From Candidatus Thalassarchaeaceae archaeon (lineage in GTDB: Archaea; Thermoplasmatota; Poseidoniia; Poseidoniales; Thalassarchaeaceae), in NCBI GenBank assembly GCA_030747395.1, contig JASLKT010000003.1, positions 1 through 55,086 of the forward strand: a stretch of 55,086 nucleotides of DNA, in the 5' to 3' direction. Numbering within the stretch: position 1 is the stretch's first letter; every line of letters starts with the position of its first letter. The notes below the pieces were generated by a model. The model made no database searches and was not told where the DNA came from. It worked only from the letters and a program-made list of their open reading frames with translations. Of this stretch, positions 38,177 through 47,563 are shown piece by piece. Position numbers and translations under genes: made by a program.

Positions 38177-41100
38177 TCAATCCTCTTCACGAGGTGGCAT
38201 GACTCTGTTCATCTCTTCACAAGTGGGACACTTGAATCGGAATGGGGCTTCTTTGTCTGTGGGCAAACGGATACGAGAATCACAGGCATGACAGCGTGCC
38301 GTGCCATCTTCATCCGCACGAATTTCACCATGACTCAAATCGGCATCTTTGTTCTCTTCCTCAGCAGCTTCATCCCATGCATCTTGCGCACTCTTTTTGG
38401 CTCTGGATTTGGAACTGTAGCGCACCCACAAAATGAGTAATCCTGCAAAAATCCAACCCGTCAACATGGCGATGGCCAAATTGGCTGCATTGACCATTGG
38501 CCCTCCATTCCACAACTCTGCTTCGGTCGGAACTGGTGGTTCAAATTCAACAGACAGGGACGATGTTTGACTGCTCACCAAGAAACCCTGTCCAGTGAGT
38601 GTGCCGGTGGCTTCGATTCGGAAATCGAGGGTGCCAATTGTAGGTTCTCCACTTGGTTGTAGAGTCAACATGTAAGTTGCAACCCCCCCGGGTGCAACAG
38701 TGAACATACCTACTGATTGATTCACATCTAGATTCCAAAACCGCAGAAGATCTTGCTCATGTTCGCCTGCAATATTCAGGAATCCAGACACCAACTCATT
38801 GCCATCGTTTCGAACGGTCACAGTATAGGTTGCCGAACTGTTCCATGGCAATGACCAATCGTCACCAGTCATCGCAACTTCAAGCACAGGTCCGCCATCG
38901 GTGTTTCGATGTGGATCAATTTGAATGTCGACCGAATCAGTTGAATTCGCATTTGAATCGGTCAGTGAAGTTACTGTGAAAGCAATCGTATGTGTTCCTG
39001 CAAGCAAATTGCTACCTGCATTACAGGTGACTGCATGACTTTCTGCTGCAGAACCTGCGGAAAGGGTCGTTTGTGCAGGATGATTACAGCTAAATCCGGA
39101 TGGACCAGTAACCAAGAGAGTGTCTTCGGCTTCTCCCAAATTGGATAGGAAGAGGGTGAGGCTTGCGCTACCTTCAGCAGGAATGGATACTTCGTTGGTT
39201 GTCACTGTGGCTTGCACTGATACTTCGGGGACTGTGGCGAAAAGGGACAATGAATCCGTGATTGAATCATCATTCTCGCTTTCGACAATCAATGTCATTT
39301 CAACATCTTCACTCGCCCCTGTGCGGCGCAAGGTGATGTTCACCTCACCACTTTCACCGGATGCGAGGGTCAGGGTCTGAGGTGAAATTCCAACTTCAAA
39401 ACCTGCCGCCCCAGTCAAGGTGATGGCAAAGGTGTCAGGTTCGTTCCCATCATTGATTACTGTGGCTGCGAAGACGGAATCGGCACCACTTGCAACCGGC
39501 AATGAATCACCAGCAACCAAAACACGAACCTCCGCACGCTGATCGACTTGTGCATTGATGGTCATCGAATCCCATGTGCTGCCATCATCGGGATTCATGG
39601 CAAGAATCGTGAATGTGTAAGTGCCCGAAGCAATGTCATCATCGATGCCTACAGTCATGGAGAGAATCGAGCTGTTTCCATTGGGTGCGACAGAGGCTCC
39701 ATTGCTCACAGTGATGGTGAAGCCTTGTGGTGCGCCACTCCAATCCAGAGCGGCATTGGCCGCACCGGTACCATCGTTTGTCAAGGTGAAATCAACCGAT
39801 TCAGGTTCATCGGAGCCGACATCAAATGCGCCGCCCAGTGGACCCGTCATCCAAATTGAAGACCATGGTTCGATGCTAACGACTCCTGAGAAATTTAGTG
39901 TGGCTGAACCGTCTTGAGTTTCAGCGCTCAAGTCAATTGTGTAATTGCCCACCAATGGTGTATCAGAGGCAGCGGATGTTGACCAGCTCAAATCCACAGT
40001 TTCTCCCGAATCAACGGTTACAAACGTGGAACTCGTATCGATTGTCAAATCGTCAGATGAGGCTGAAAGACGCATGTTCGTTGCTTCACTTCCAGTGTTT
40101 CGAATTGTGATTACTCCTGAAGTAGAACCGCCAGGTGTGAGTGAAAGTGCTTCGTTGCTGACCACTTCAAGGCCATGTGACACACCTACGTCAAGCGTAT
40201 GTGTGTGCGAATAGCCCATCTCTGCAATTTCATTCCAAGCATCTAGCGTAAGATCACAGGTTTCACCTTCACCAGCATCGACATCAATACTGACATCGAC
40301 TGTGATGGTTTCGTTGTCACTTGCTCCAAGTCTGGAACCATCTGCTTCGGCGGAATCCAAACTGGCTGAACAGACTCCAGAAGTAGAAATGGTGTAGATT
40401 GATTCAGCTTCTGACGTCCCTGAATTGTGGACCTCAAAATCAACCATCCCAGTCCCATTGGGCAACCAATTGTTGGTTGAATCGGTCGCAGAAATCGTCA
40501 AATTATGTGTCCCATTCACTCGCACGACAATGGTTTCTGAGATGGTGAAATTACCCATTGCCGAACCTGCTGATAGTAAGAACCCGTAATCGCCTGGTGC
40601 TTCGCCATTCGGCACACTGACCCGCAGCGTCCCCGCTCTTGTCTCTCCAGCACTCATGTTGGAAAGGGTTGAGGACATCCATCGAACCTCCCAACCCGCT
40701 GGCACAGCACGACCCATGTTGGTTCCATTACCGCCCCCACTTTGTCCACTACTGACCGTCATGCATGTTGTCGCATTGCCAATGGCGCTGAGGTTTTGAG
40801 TCAAGGTGGCTGAAATACACCATTCTCCAGCGGTCACATTCCATGTTTGATTCCAAGAATGATTGGTTCCGGCACTGGTCCAATTATACACCCCTACATC
40901 ATACGGGAAAATTGAACCATTTTCTTCAAGGACCCAGTCCACAAAGTAGGTGAGATTTGCCGTCAGGTTCACCGCATCAAGAACGGCGGTTAGATTGGTG
41001 GATACTGCAGATAATGAGGCGAAGAATTCCGTTGGACCGGTTGTCACATTCCCAGTACCATTGTTCGTATTGTTGCCGCCGGTGTTGTTTCCAGTATTAT

Positions 41101-41809
41101 TTCCAGTATTATTTCCTGTATTGTTGCCACCGGTATTGTTACCCGAATTGTTACCACCAGTGTTGTTTTCTGAATTGTTTCCACCCGTGTTGTTGCTTCC
41201 ACCGCCTCCGTTCCAATTTGTCCAGAAGTCACTTAGATCTGCGGTCTCGTCCACAGCGAGGACAATGTGATCAAGGGATGAACCAAGGTTTGAGATTGGA
41301 ACATCAATATCGATTGATTCGCCGACTTCAATTCCGAGAAGACCTGCATCTCCAACCGCTGTATGCTCGATATCGGGCAGATATGATGGGGCGACTGAAA
41401 GATACAGTGTGACGGTAGTGGATACATTGGAGCCAGAGTGTGCTACGTTGATGTCTACGTATCCGTTATCGGAGAGATTGGCATCGGAGGCAAGGTGGAC
41501 GATGATGGTGGTTGTCACAGAAAATGTCGGTAAAACTGTGGAAAGTGTCTCATCTGCAAGGGTTACGTTCCAAGCGGCAGAAGTCATTGAATCATCGACC
41601 GTGAGATCGAAATCTTGGATAGACGTGTCATTGTTCTCGATGGTGAGTGTGACGTTTGCACTGTCTCCCTGAATCAAGACGACTTGATCATCAGACAAAT
41701 CCAGCAAAATACGGCTATCCGCAGCAGCTAACGGTGCAAAAGCAGCCAAGAATGTGCTCGAAACGAGCAACAAACACAGTGCCAATGAACGGCGGCGCTG
41801 GGTGGACAT
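38177..41809 (-). CDS. Giant surface protein with N/T/G sequon repeat, C-terminal TM anchor and cytoplasmic zinc-ribbon tail
   Basis: Start taken at MSTQRRRSLALCLLLVSSTFLAAFAPLAAA (41809), which avoids overlap with metK. Repeated Ig-like/CARDB-like segments. TM IAMLTGWIFAGLLILWV. Tail CHACDSRIRLPTDKEAPFRFKCPTCEEMN. Confidence 0.8.
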   Translation of the reverse strand: MSTQRRRSLALCLLLVSSTFLAAFAPLAAADSRILLDLSDDQVVLIQGDSANVTLTIENNDTSIQDFDLTVDDSMTSAAWNVTLADETLSTVLPTFSVTTTIIVHLASDANLSDNGYVDINVAHSGSNVSTTVTLYLSVAPSYLPDIEHTAVGDAGLLGIEVGESIDIDVPISNLGSSLDHIVLAVDETADLSDFWTNWNGGGGSNNTGGNNSENNTGGNNSGNNTGGNNTGNNTGNNTGNNTGGNNTNNGTGNVTTGPTEFFASLSAVSTNLTAVLDAVNLTANLTYFVDWVLEENGSIFPYDVGVYNWTSAGTNHSWNQTWNVTAGEWCISATLTQNLSAIGNATTCMTVSSGQSGGGNGTNMGRAVPAGWEVRWMSSTLSNMSAGETRAGTLRVSVPNGEAPGDYGFLLSAGSAMGNFTISETIVVRVNGTHNLTISATDSTNNWLPNGTGMVDFEVHNSGTSEAESIYTISTSGVCSASLDSAEADGSRLGASDNETITVDVSIDVDAGEGETCDLTLDAWNEIAEMGYSHTHTLDVGVSHGLEVVSNEALSLTPGGSTSGVITIRNTGSEATNMRLSASSDDLTIDTSSTFVTVDSGETVDLSWSTSAASDTPLVGNYTIDLSAETQDGSATLNFSGVVSIEPWSSIWMTGPLGGAFDVGSDEPESVDFTLTNDGTGAANAALDWSGAPQGFTITVSNGASVAPNGNSSILSMTVGIDDDIASGTYTFTILAMNPDDGSTWDSMTINAQVDQRAEVRVLVAGDSLPVASGADSVFAATVINDGNEPDTFAITLTGAAGFEVGISPQTLTLASGESGEVNITLRRTGASEDVEMTLIVESENDDSITDSLSLFATVPEVSVQATVTTNEVSIPAEGSASLTLFLSNLGEAEDTLLVTGPSGFSCNHPAQTTLSAGSAAESHAVTCNAGSNLLAGTHTIAFTVTSLTDSNANSTDSVDIQIDPHRNTDGGPVLEVAMTGDDWSLPWNSSATYTVTVRNDGNELVSGFLNIAGEHEQDLLRFWNLDVNQSVGMFTVAPGGVATYMLTLQPSGEPTIGTLDFRIEATGTLTGQGFLVSSQTSSLSVEFEPPVPTEAELWNGGPMVNAANLAIAMLTGWIFAGLLILWVRYSSKSRAKKSAQDAWDEAAEEENKDADLSHGEIRADEDGTARCHACDSRIRLPTDKEAPFRFKCPTCEEMNRVMPPREED
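41050..41212 (-). repeat. In-frame tandem degenerate repeat encoding (N-N-T/S-G-G/N)n
   Basis: The peptide reads GGSNNTGGNNSENNTGGNNSGNNTGGNNTGNNTGNNTGNNTGGNNTNNGTGN. The DNA shows reiterated GTTGTT/CCAGTATTATTTCC units. Confidence 0.85.
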
Positions 41810-41848
41810 GGATACAACCGAATCCGTACCCTGCTTTGAGGATGATGG

Positions 41849-41868
41849 GAGAACGCGTAAGCGTTCTC
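41849..41868. terminator. Perfect 8-bp hairpin GAGAACGC-GTAA-GCGTTCTC, 15 nt downstream of the metK stop
   Basis: Read directly. It sits in the 74-nt spacer between metK and the surface-protein gene (both on minus). Confidence 0.35.
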
Positions 41869-41883
41869 GGGGATTTGCTAAAA

Positions 41884-43116
41884 TCACGATTGCTGCAGAG
41901 CCGTGATAATATCGGAATCCAAACGCTCCCAAGTGAAGTGACCATCCACCGATTCACGGCCAAAATGACCTCCGGCTGAAGTGGCTGAATAGATAGGTCG
42001 AAGCAGGTCCAATTTTTGGATGATTTCGCGTGGCCGGAAATCGAAGCAGTTGCGGACACGTCGGCTGATTTCTTCCTCTGTAATTCCGGCTGAACTACTG
42101 CCATCTGTAGTCACCCTCACACTGACCGGTTCAGCAACGCCAATTGCATAGGCCAATTGGATTTCACAACGCTTAGCAAGTTTGGCAGCCACCACGTGTT
42201 TTGCAGCCCATCGGGCAGCATACGTGGCCGAACGATCAACCTTTGAGGGGTCTTTTCCGCTGAAGGCGCCGCCACCGTGACGACCCATGCCACCATAGGT
42301 ATCTACGATGATTTTGCGACCCGTGATTCCAGCATCTGCATGAGGTCCGCCTTGAACAAAACGGCCCGTGCCATTGACAAAAATATCTGTCTTTGAATCC
42401 ATGAGTTCAGGAGGTATAATCGCTTCAATGACATGCTTCTGAATTTCACTTTTGATGAATTTGTGTTCAGCATCTTCGGTTTCAAATCTCTCCAGCATAT
42501 CGTCGTGCTGAATGGCAATGACCACTGCCCAAACACGGCGCGGCACCCCATAGGCACCATACTCGATGGTGACCTGTGATTTTCCATCAGGTCTTGCCCA
42601 AGGAAGCAATCCACTCTCGCGAACTTCTGTGAGACGGCGTGTTAAGGCTTGACTCAGTAGTGCTGAAAGTGGCATGTAATGTCCAGAAAGTGTAGGGTAT
42701 GATTCCGATTCATCCGTCGCATATCCAAACATCAACCCTTGATCACCTGCACCCTGATTGCTATCTCCTTGATCGACCCCTTGACTGATGTCCGGAGATT
42801 GGGTTGAAATCAACAATTGAACATCACAAGTTTCTGCATCCATTCCGAAGGCGTGATCGGTGTACCCAATCGCTGCAGCAGTCTTTCGAGCCACCGATTT
42901 GTAGTCAATCTGCGGAGGGGCGCATTTGATTTCTCCTGCGAGGATGATTGTGCTCCCTGTTTCTGTGCCTTTGACCATGGTTTCACAGGCGACACGTGCA
43001 TGGGGGTCCTGCGCTAAACAGGCATCTAGAATGGCATCCGAAATCGCATCACAGAGTTTGTCGGGATGGCCCGCAGTCACCGACTCAGAGGTGAACAGTA
43101 AACTCTCGTGTGACAT
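41884..43116 (-). CDS. metK: S-adenosylmethionine synthetase, bacterial/eukaryotic MetK type
   Basis: FTSESVTAGHPDKLCDAISDAILDA, GAGDQGLMFGYA, GGGAFSGKDPSKVDRS. Confidence 0.95.
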   Translation of the reverse strand: MSHESLLFTSESVTAGHPDKLCDAISDAILDACLAQDPHARVACETMVKGTETGSTIILAGEIKCAPPQIDYKSVARKTAAAIGYTDHAFGMDAETCDVQLLISTQSPDISQGVDQGDSNQGAGDQGLMFGYATDESESYPTLSGHYMPLSALLSQALTRRLTEVRESGLLPWARPDGKSQVTIEYGAYGVPRRVWAVVIAIQHDDMLERFETEDAEHKFIKSEIQKHVIEAIIPPELMDSKTDIFVNGTGRFVQGGPHADAGITGRKIIVDTYGGMGRHGGGAFSGKDPSKVDRSATYAARWAAKHVVAAKLAKRCEIQLAYAIGVAEPVSVRVTTDGSSSAGITEEEISRRVRNCFDFRPREIIQKLDLLRPIYSATSAGGHFGRESVDGHFTWERLDSDIITALQQS

Positions 43117-43232
43117 TAAACCCGGCGAACCCCCTTTGGCATATCAATGGTGAGGGCGGGAGCGTTTCACCAAAGAGCCCTGAATGAGCACCATTTTTGG
43201 CCGTGCGGTTCAAGTGGTTGACGCACACGCCC

Positions 43233-44654
43233 ATGAGCATGACCGGACGCGATGGTCGCGATTGGGAACCAACCCATTATCGCACACACACACTTGGAGA
43301 AGTTCGTGATTTGGGTGCTCAAATGATTGGGCATGAAGTCACGGTTGCCGGTTATGCTGAAGCTGTTCGTGGCCGTGGCGCCATCTGTTTTCTGATGCTA
43401 CGTGATGGCACTGGGCATCTGCAAGCCTTCCTCAAAAAGGACAACATGGATGAGGCTTCATTCGATGCAATCCAGGGTGCCAGTCGAGAATCAACCATTC
43501 AAGTCACGGGCATGGTCGCACAAAAACGTCCACCCAAGGTAGCCGAGGGTGAGCCCGAACCTCCTGCCGAATACGAAATCAATGTCTCATCAGGTCAGAT
43601 TTTGGCACTTGCTGAAACACCACTTCCAGTGGGTGTTGTCGATGATGTTCACGTTGGCCTTGATGTTCGCCTCGACAATCGCCATCTTGACCTGCGACGC
43701 GCACACGTGAATGCAATGTTCCAGTTGCGAGGTAAGGTCCTGCAATACGGGCGTGATCACCTCATCACTGAAGGATTCAATGAAATGAATTCTCCCAAGA
43801 TTATCGCCAGTGCTTCCGAAGGTGGCACCAATTTGTTCCCGATGAAGTATTTCGAAACCGATGCCTATCTTTCACAGTCACCTCAGTTGTACAAGCAACT
43901 CGCTGTTCTTGGTGGGCTAGAGCGGGTTTTCGAAATTGGACCTGCTTTCCGGGCTGAGAAGCACGACACCTACAGACATCTCAACGAATTCATCTCGTTT
44001 GATATCGAAGGTGCTTGGATGAATGATGAGGATGTCATGTGTGTCCAAGAGCGAATGATTCATCACATTTGGAGTCAAGTCGCAGCCAACGATCAGAACT
44101 TGATGGATGTCATCAACGAATACAGAGCATCTCAGGACCAAGAGGCGATTACAGTTGATGTGCCAACCCTACCATTCCCAAGAATCCCATACTGTGAAGC
44201 CATTGAAATCGTCAAGGAAGGCGGTGGAAAAATTGAGTGGGGAGACGACATAGAATCACATCACTGCGACCTAATTGCAGCGAAATATCCTGGCTTCCAC
44301 TTCCTACCTCGTTGGCCGATGTCGATGAAGCCGTTCTACATCTTCCACGATGAAACTGAGAAAGGTTCCACAGGTGGGCAACTATCGCGTGGATTTGATT
44401 TGAATTATGGTCGCGACGAGATGACCAGTGGTGGTCAGCGTGAACATCGCGTTGATGTTCTAGAACAGAACCTCCTCAATATGGATCTCAATCCTGCGGA
44501 CTTCACATTCTACACGGATGGATTCCGCTACGGCGCGCCGCCTCACGCCGGTTGGGGATTGGGTGTGGCTCGCCTACTGATGGTGCTCACCGGTGCAGGG
44601 AATGTGCGCGAAGTCGTTCTCTTCCCAAGAGATCGAAGTCGCGTCACTCCATGA
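43233..44654 (+). CDS. aspS: Aspartyl-tRNA synthetase, archaeal/eukaryotic type
   Basis: OB-fold [17 protein letters not shown]. Class II motifs [17 protein letters not shown] and [11 protein letters not shown]. Start taken at ATG 43233 (track: TTG 43197). Confidence 0.9.
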   Translation: MSMTGRDGRDWEPTHYRTHTLGEVRDLGAQMIGHEVTVAGYAEAVRGRGAICFLMLRDGTGHLQAFLKKDNMDEASFDAIQGASRESTIQVTGMVAQKRPPKVAEGEPEPPAEYEINVSSGQILALAETPLPVGVVDDVHVGLDVRLDNRHLDLRRAHVNAMFQLRGKVLQYGRDHLITEGFNEMNSPKIIASASEGGTNLFPMKYFETDAYLSQSPQLYKQLAVLGGLERVFEIGPAFRAEKHDTYRHLNEFISFDIEGAWMNDEDVMCVQERMIHHIWSQVAANDQNLMDVINEYRASQDQEAITVDVPTLPFPRIPYCEAIEIVKEGGGKIEWGDDIESHHCDLIAAKYPGFHFLPRWPMSMKPFYIFHDETEKGSTGGQLSRGFDLNYGRDEMTSGGQREHRVDVLEQNLLNMDLNPADFTFYTDGFRYGAPPHAGWGLGVARLLMVLTGAGNVREVVLFPRDRSRVTP

Positions 44655-45178
44655 AATCAACAATATACCACACAGCCGACCGATTTGACGTGGCTAATAT
44701 TCGAATCACGATTGTGCTGCTCTGCGTTGCGGCTATGATTCCCATGTCAGGATGCACAGAAAGTCTCGGAGGATGTGGTGCCGGTTATGATGAAATGTAC
44801 GGTGGATATGATTACAACTTCTCAATAATACAAATTGCAAGTGACAATTCGTTGAATGTAACAGTGCACCTCCTGAATGGTGGCGGTGGTTGGTTTGAAA
44901 ATAGTGACGAATTTGAAGAAGAACAGACCATTTGGGTTTCACTGGACATCAAAATGAGTGATGGAACAGAAAAAGAAATCAATCCGCAAAGTCAAGGCTG
45001 GCTCGTCAATGGTAATGCTGGAAATGGATCATACTGGGGCACAAATCTCTACTTTTCAAGTCCTGCTGGTTTCTGCGATGTTGGTTGCGAAGAAATTCGA
45101 TTTAGTGCTGGAGATGAATTTGGATTTGTCTATTATGATGGCACCTGTGACACATCACCTTGGATTGATATTGCCTGA
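44651..45178 (+). CDS. Small secreted or lipid-anchored protein of unknown function
   Basis: The ATG overlaps the aspS stop (ATGA). N-terminus MKST...IVLLCVAAMIPMSGC is lipobox-like. Confidence 0.55.
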   Translation: MKSTIYHTADRFDVANIRITIVLLCVAAMIPMSGCTESLGGCGAGYDEMYGGYDYNFSIIQIASDNSLNVTVHLLNGGGGWFENSDEFEEEQTIWVSLDIKMSDGTEKEINPQSQGWLVNGNAGNGSYWGTNLYFSSPAGFCDVGCEEIRFSAGDEFGFVYYDGTCDTSPWIDIA

Positions 45179-45199
45179 CCGAAAAGAACGGGTATCTTC

Positions 45200-45214
45200 C
45201 ACCCCTTCGGGGTG
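45200..45214. promoter_or_regulatory. Hairpin CACCCC-TTC-GGGGTG directly before the formyltransferase-like gene
   Basis: Read directly: 6-bp stem, 21 nt after the upstream stop and 3 nt before ATG 45218. The 3' arm contains the alternative GTG at 45212. Confidence 0.4.
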
Positions 45215-45217
45215 AAC

Positions 45218-45943
45218 ATGGGGGTCACGCCAGTCTTTGCCTATCTTCTGCTCAAAGAGCATCCGTATGGGCGCGAGATGCTACGGCAGATGCTATCGGA
45301 AGGATTTGTTCCAGCCATCATCATCGAAGAAGATTCGGCCATTGGCGATGAGGAGAGGGATAAATTCCTCAAGCGAATTGAGGGGAATCCCATCGCACCG
45401 ACCATTGTCGAACAAATCTCAGAACTCAATGTACCACACGTGTCTGTTCCCATCCACAATTCCGACGAGGTAATGCCACATATCCGCGATATGGATTTGG
45501 ATCTCATCGTATTCGGTGGCACGAGAATCATTCGAGGGGAAATCCTAGACACACCCAAGGATGGCGTCATCAATTCTCATCCTGGACTCCTCCCTGATTG
45601 TCGAGGTTCAGCCAGTCCGGCTTGGTCTGTCTATCACGACATTCCGATTGGTAGCACCACGCATTTCTGTGACAATGGCATCGATACGGGTGAACTCTTG
45701 TTGCGTCGGGAATTTCCTGTCAAACGTGGCATGACCTATGAGGACCTCTGCTACGAAACGTTGGTGCTTGCCGGCGTGTTAATGAAGGAGGCGTTGATGG
45801 CTTATGTTGCAGGAAAATGGCCTGAAATGCGCCATCCACAAGGCGAAAGCCCATGGCCTACCTTCCGCAACGCACCACCAGAGATTCTGGAAGTTGTCGA
45901 CCAGAAGTTGGCTGAACAAACGTATGCACACTATGTGAACTGA
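45218..45943 (+). CDS. Formyltransferase-family protein (Formyl_trans_N-like)
   Basis: LIVFGGTRIIRGEIL...GVINSHPGLLPDCRGSASPAWSVYHDIPIGSTTHFCDNGIDTGELL matches the N[IS]HPxLLPxxRG...D.G.I pattern. Confidence 0.6.
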   Translation: MGVTPVFAYLLLKEHPYGREMLRQMLSEGFVPAIIIEEDSAIGDEERDKFLKRIEGNPIAPTIVEQISELNVPHVSVPIHNSDEVMPHIRDMDLDLIVFGGTRIIRGEILDTPKDGVINSHPGLLPDCRGSASPAWSVYHDIPIGSTTHFCDNGIDTGELLLRREFPVKRGMTYEDLCYETLVLAGVLMKEALMAYVAGKWPEMRHPQGESPWPTFRNAPPEILEVVDQKLAEQTYAHYVN

Positions 45944-45952
45944 GGTGAAAAA

Positions 45953-46714
45953 ATGGAAAATCCGTATGCATCTGATGCACTGAAAGGAATGAGAGCTGTT
46001 GTCTGTGGGGCATCCAAAGGTATCGGTAGAGCAACCGCCGAAATGCTGGCTGCCTGTGGTGCAGATGTCATTGGACTCAGTCGGAGTGCGCCAGATATTC
46101 CTGGAGTTCGCTCGATGTCATTGGATCTTGAGGACGCTGCAGCTATTGAGAAAACAATTGCAGGGATTCTAGTTGCGGGACCCATCCAAATTCTGATCAA
46201 CAACGCAGGAGGTCCCCCTGGTGGCCCACTTCTCGACAACGATGTCGAAGATTTTGAGGCCCCATTCAAGCGACACCTCCACGCAGCACATCAAATCACC
46301 CAGATGGTTGTACCTCCGATGGAAGAGGCGGGAATGGGTCGTATTGTCAATATCATCTCAACCTCTGTACGCGAACCAATTCCAAACATCGGATTGTCCA
46401 ATACCCTTCGAGGCGCCATGGCATCATGGGCAAAATCACTCAGTCGGGAATTGCCCTCTTGTGTAACGATTAACAATATCTTGCCGGGCTTTACAGATAC
46501 TGATAGATTGGGTTCACTTGCAGAATCCATTGAAAGTAAAACAGGGAGAAGTCAGCAAGAAATCCACGACACTTGGATGTCACAAGTACCGATTGGGCGT
46601 CTCATCGACCCCATGGAAACCGCTTCGGCTGTGACTTTCCTTTGCTTACCACAATCAGGTGGTATCCGTGGGATTAGTTTGGCGGTGGATGGCGGCCGAA
46701 TGCGCTCAATCTGA
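45953..46714 (+). CDS. Short-chain dehydrogenase/reductase (FabG-like)
   Basis: VVCGASKGIGRATA (TGxxxGxG variant), NNAGG, and the IGLSNTLRGAMASWAK region. GAGGTGA SD upstream. Confidence 0.8.
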   Translation: MENPYASDALKGMRAVVCGASKGIGRATAEMLAACGADVIGLSRSAPDIPGVRSMSLDLEDAAAIEKTIAGILVAGPIQILINNAGGPPGGPLLDNDVEDFEAPFKRHLHAAHQITQMVVPPMEEAGMGRIVNIISTSVREPIPNIGLSNTLRGAMASWAKSLSRELPSCVTINNILPGFTDTDRLGSLAESIESKTGRSQQEIHDTWMSQVPIGRLIDPMETASAVTFLCLPQSGGIRGISLAVDGGRMRSI

Positions 46715-46723
46715 GGTAATCAA

Positions 46724-47563
46724 ATGGCCAATGAATCGCTAACCCCCGAGCAGGCCCATCACCTGTTGGACTTGATGTCCAAGGGAGAAGGGTTCGATGA
46801 AGGAATGGATGCTGGAGTCGCCCTGACACTGGCTGACATCGCACTTCAAATCGAACAACCGGAGCGAGCAGAGGCATTGATTACACACGCGATTCAATTG
46901 GCCAAGGATACTGAAGACAATGACCAACTCGCATGGGCTCTATTGACCAAGGCTCGAATTGTCAACGACGGTACCGCTCTTTCGGAAGCAGAAGATTTGG
47001 TTGCAATCAGTGAAGATGATTGGTTGCGCTCATCCTACAACAATCAATTCGGAATTTTTGCACTTGAATCGGGTGATATACCAGCAGCAAAGTCTGCATT
47101 TTCCCAAAGCCTTGCTCTGAAGGAAGCATTGGAAGACAAGGTGGGTCAAGCGAATACACTCTACAATCTCGGAGAAATTGCACGAGATGAAAATGATCTG
47201 GAGCAAGCCAAAGAATTTCACGCACGTTGTGTAGATTTACTTGAGGAACTCGGTGATCGAAAAGGAATGGTCAATGGGTTGGCCATTCTAGGACATCTAG
47301 ATGCGATTGAAGCCAATATCGATGGGGCCATTATCCACTACGAAGCGGCCTTAGAAATCGCTGAAGCAGAGGATGATTTTGAAGGAAGTGTTGTCTCTCG
47401 TTGGGGGTTGGCTGAAATGGCCAGAGCGATGGAAGATGAGGATTTGGAATTGCAACATCTATCGCAAGTGATGGCTGGATTCATGCAATTGGGTCGCCCT
47501 ACACCTGAACCAATCAAGGATCGATTGAACGAATTGGCTGATGCCATTCACGGAGGGAATTGA
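46724..47563 (+). CDS. TPR-repeat protein
   Basis: Reiterated 34-40-aa helical repeats, e.g. GQANTLYNLGEIARDENDLEQAKEFHARCVDLLEELGDRKG. Confidence 0.7.
   Translation: MANESLTPEQAHHLLDLMSKGEGFDEGMDAGVALTLADIALQIEQPERAEALITHAIQLAKDTEDNDQLAWALLTKARIVNDGTALSEAEDLVAISEDDWLRSSYNNQFGIFALESGDIPAAKSAFSQSLALKEALEDKVGQANTLYNLGEIARDENDLEQAKEFHARCVDLLEELGDRKGMVNGLAILGHLDAIEANIDGAIIHYEAALEIAEAEDDFEGSVVSRWGLAEMARAMEDEDLELQHLSQVMAGFMQLGRPTPEPIKDRLNELADAIHGGN

Noticed and set aside
41050-41212. Possible CRISPR or other non-coding repeat array
   Set aside because: The repeats are short, degenerate, in frame, and lie inside a long ORF, where they encode an N/T/G sequon tract. There is no spacer-repeat architecture and no cas genes.
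41810-41932. N-terminal extension of the 1251-aa ORF (MGAFGFRYYHG...) overlapping the 3' end of metK
   Set aside because: The internal Met at 41809 is followed at once by a classic signal peptide (MSTQRRRSLALCLLLV...), and starting there removes the 49-nt overlap with metK.
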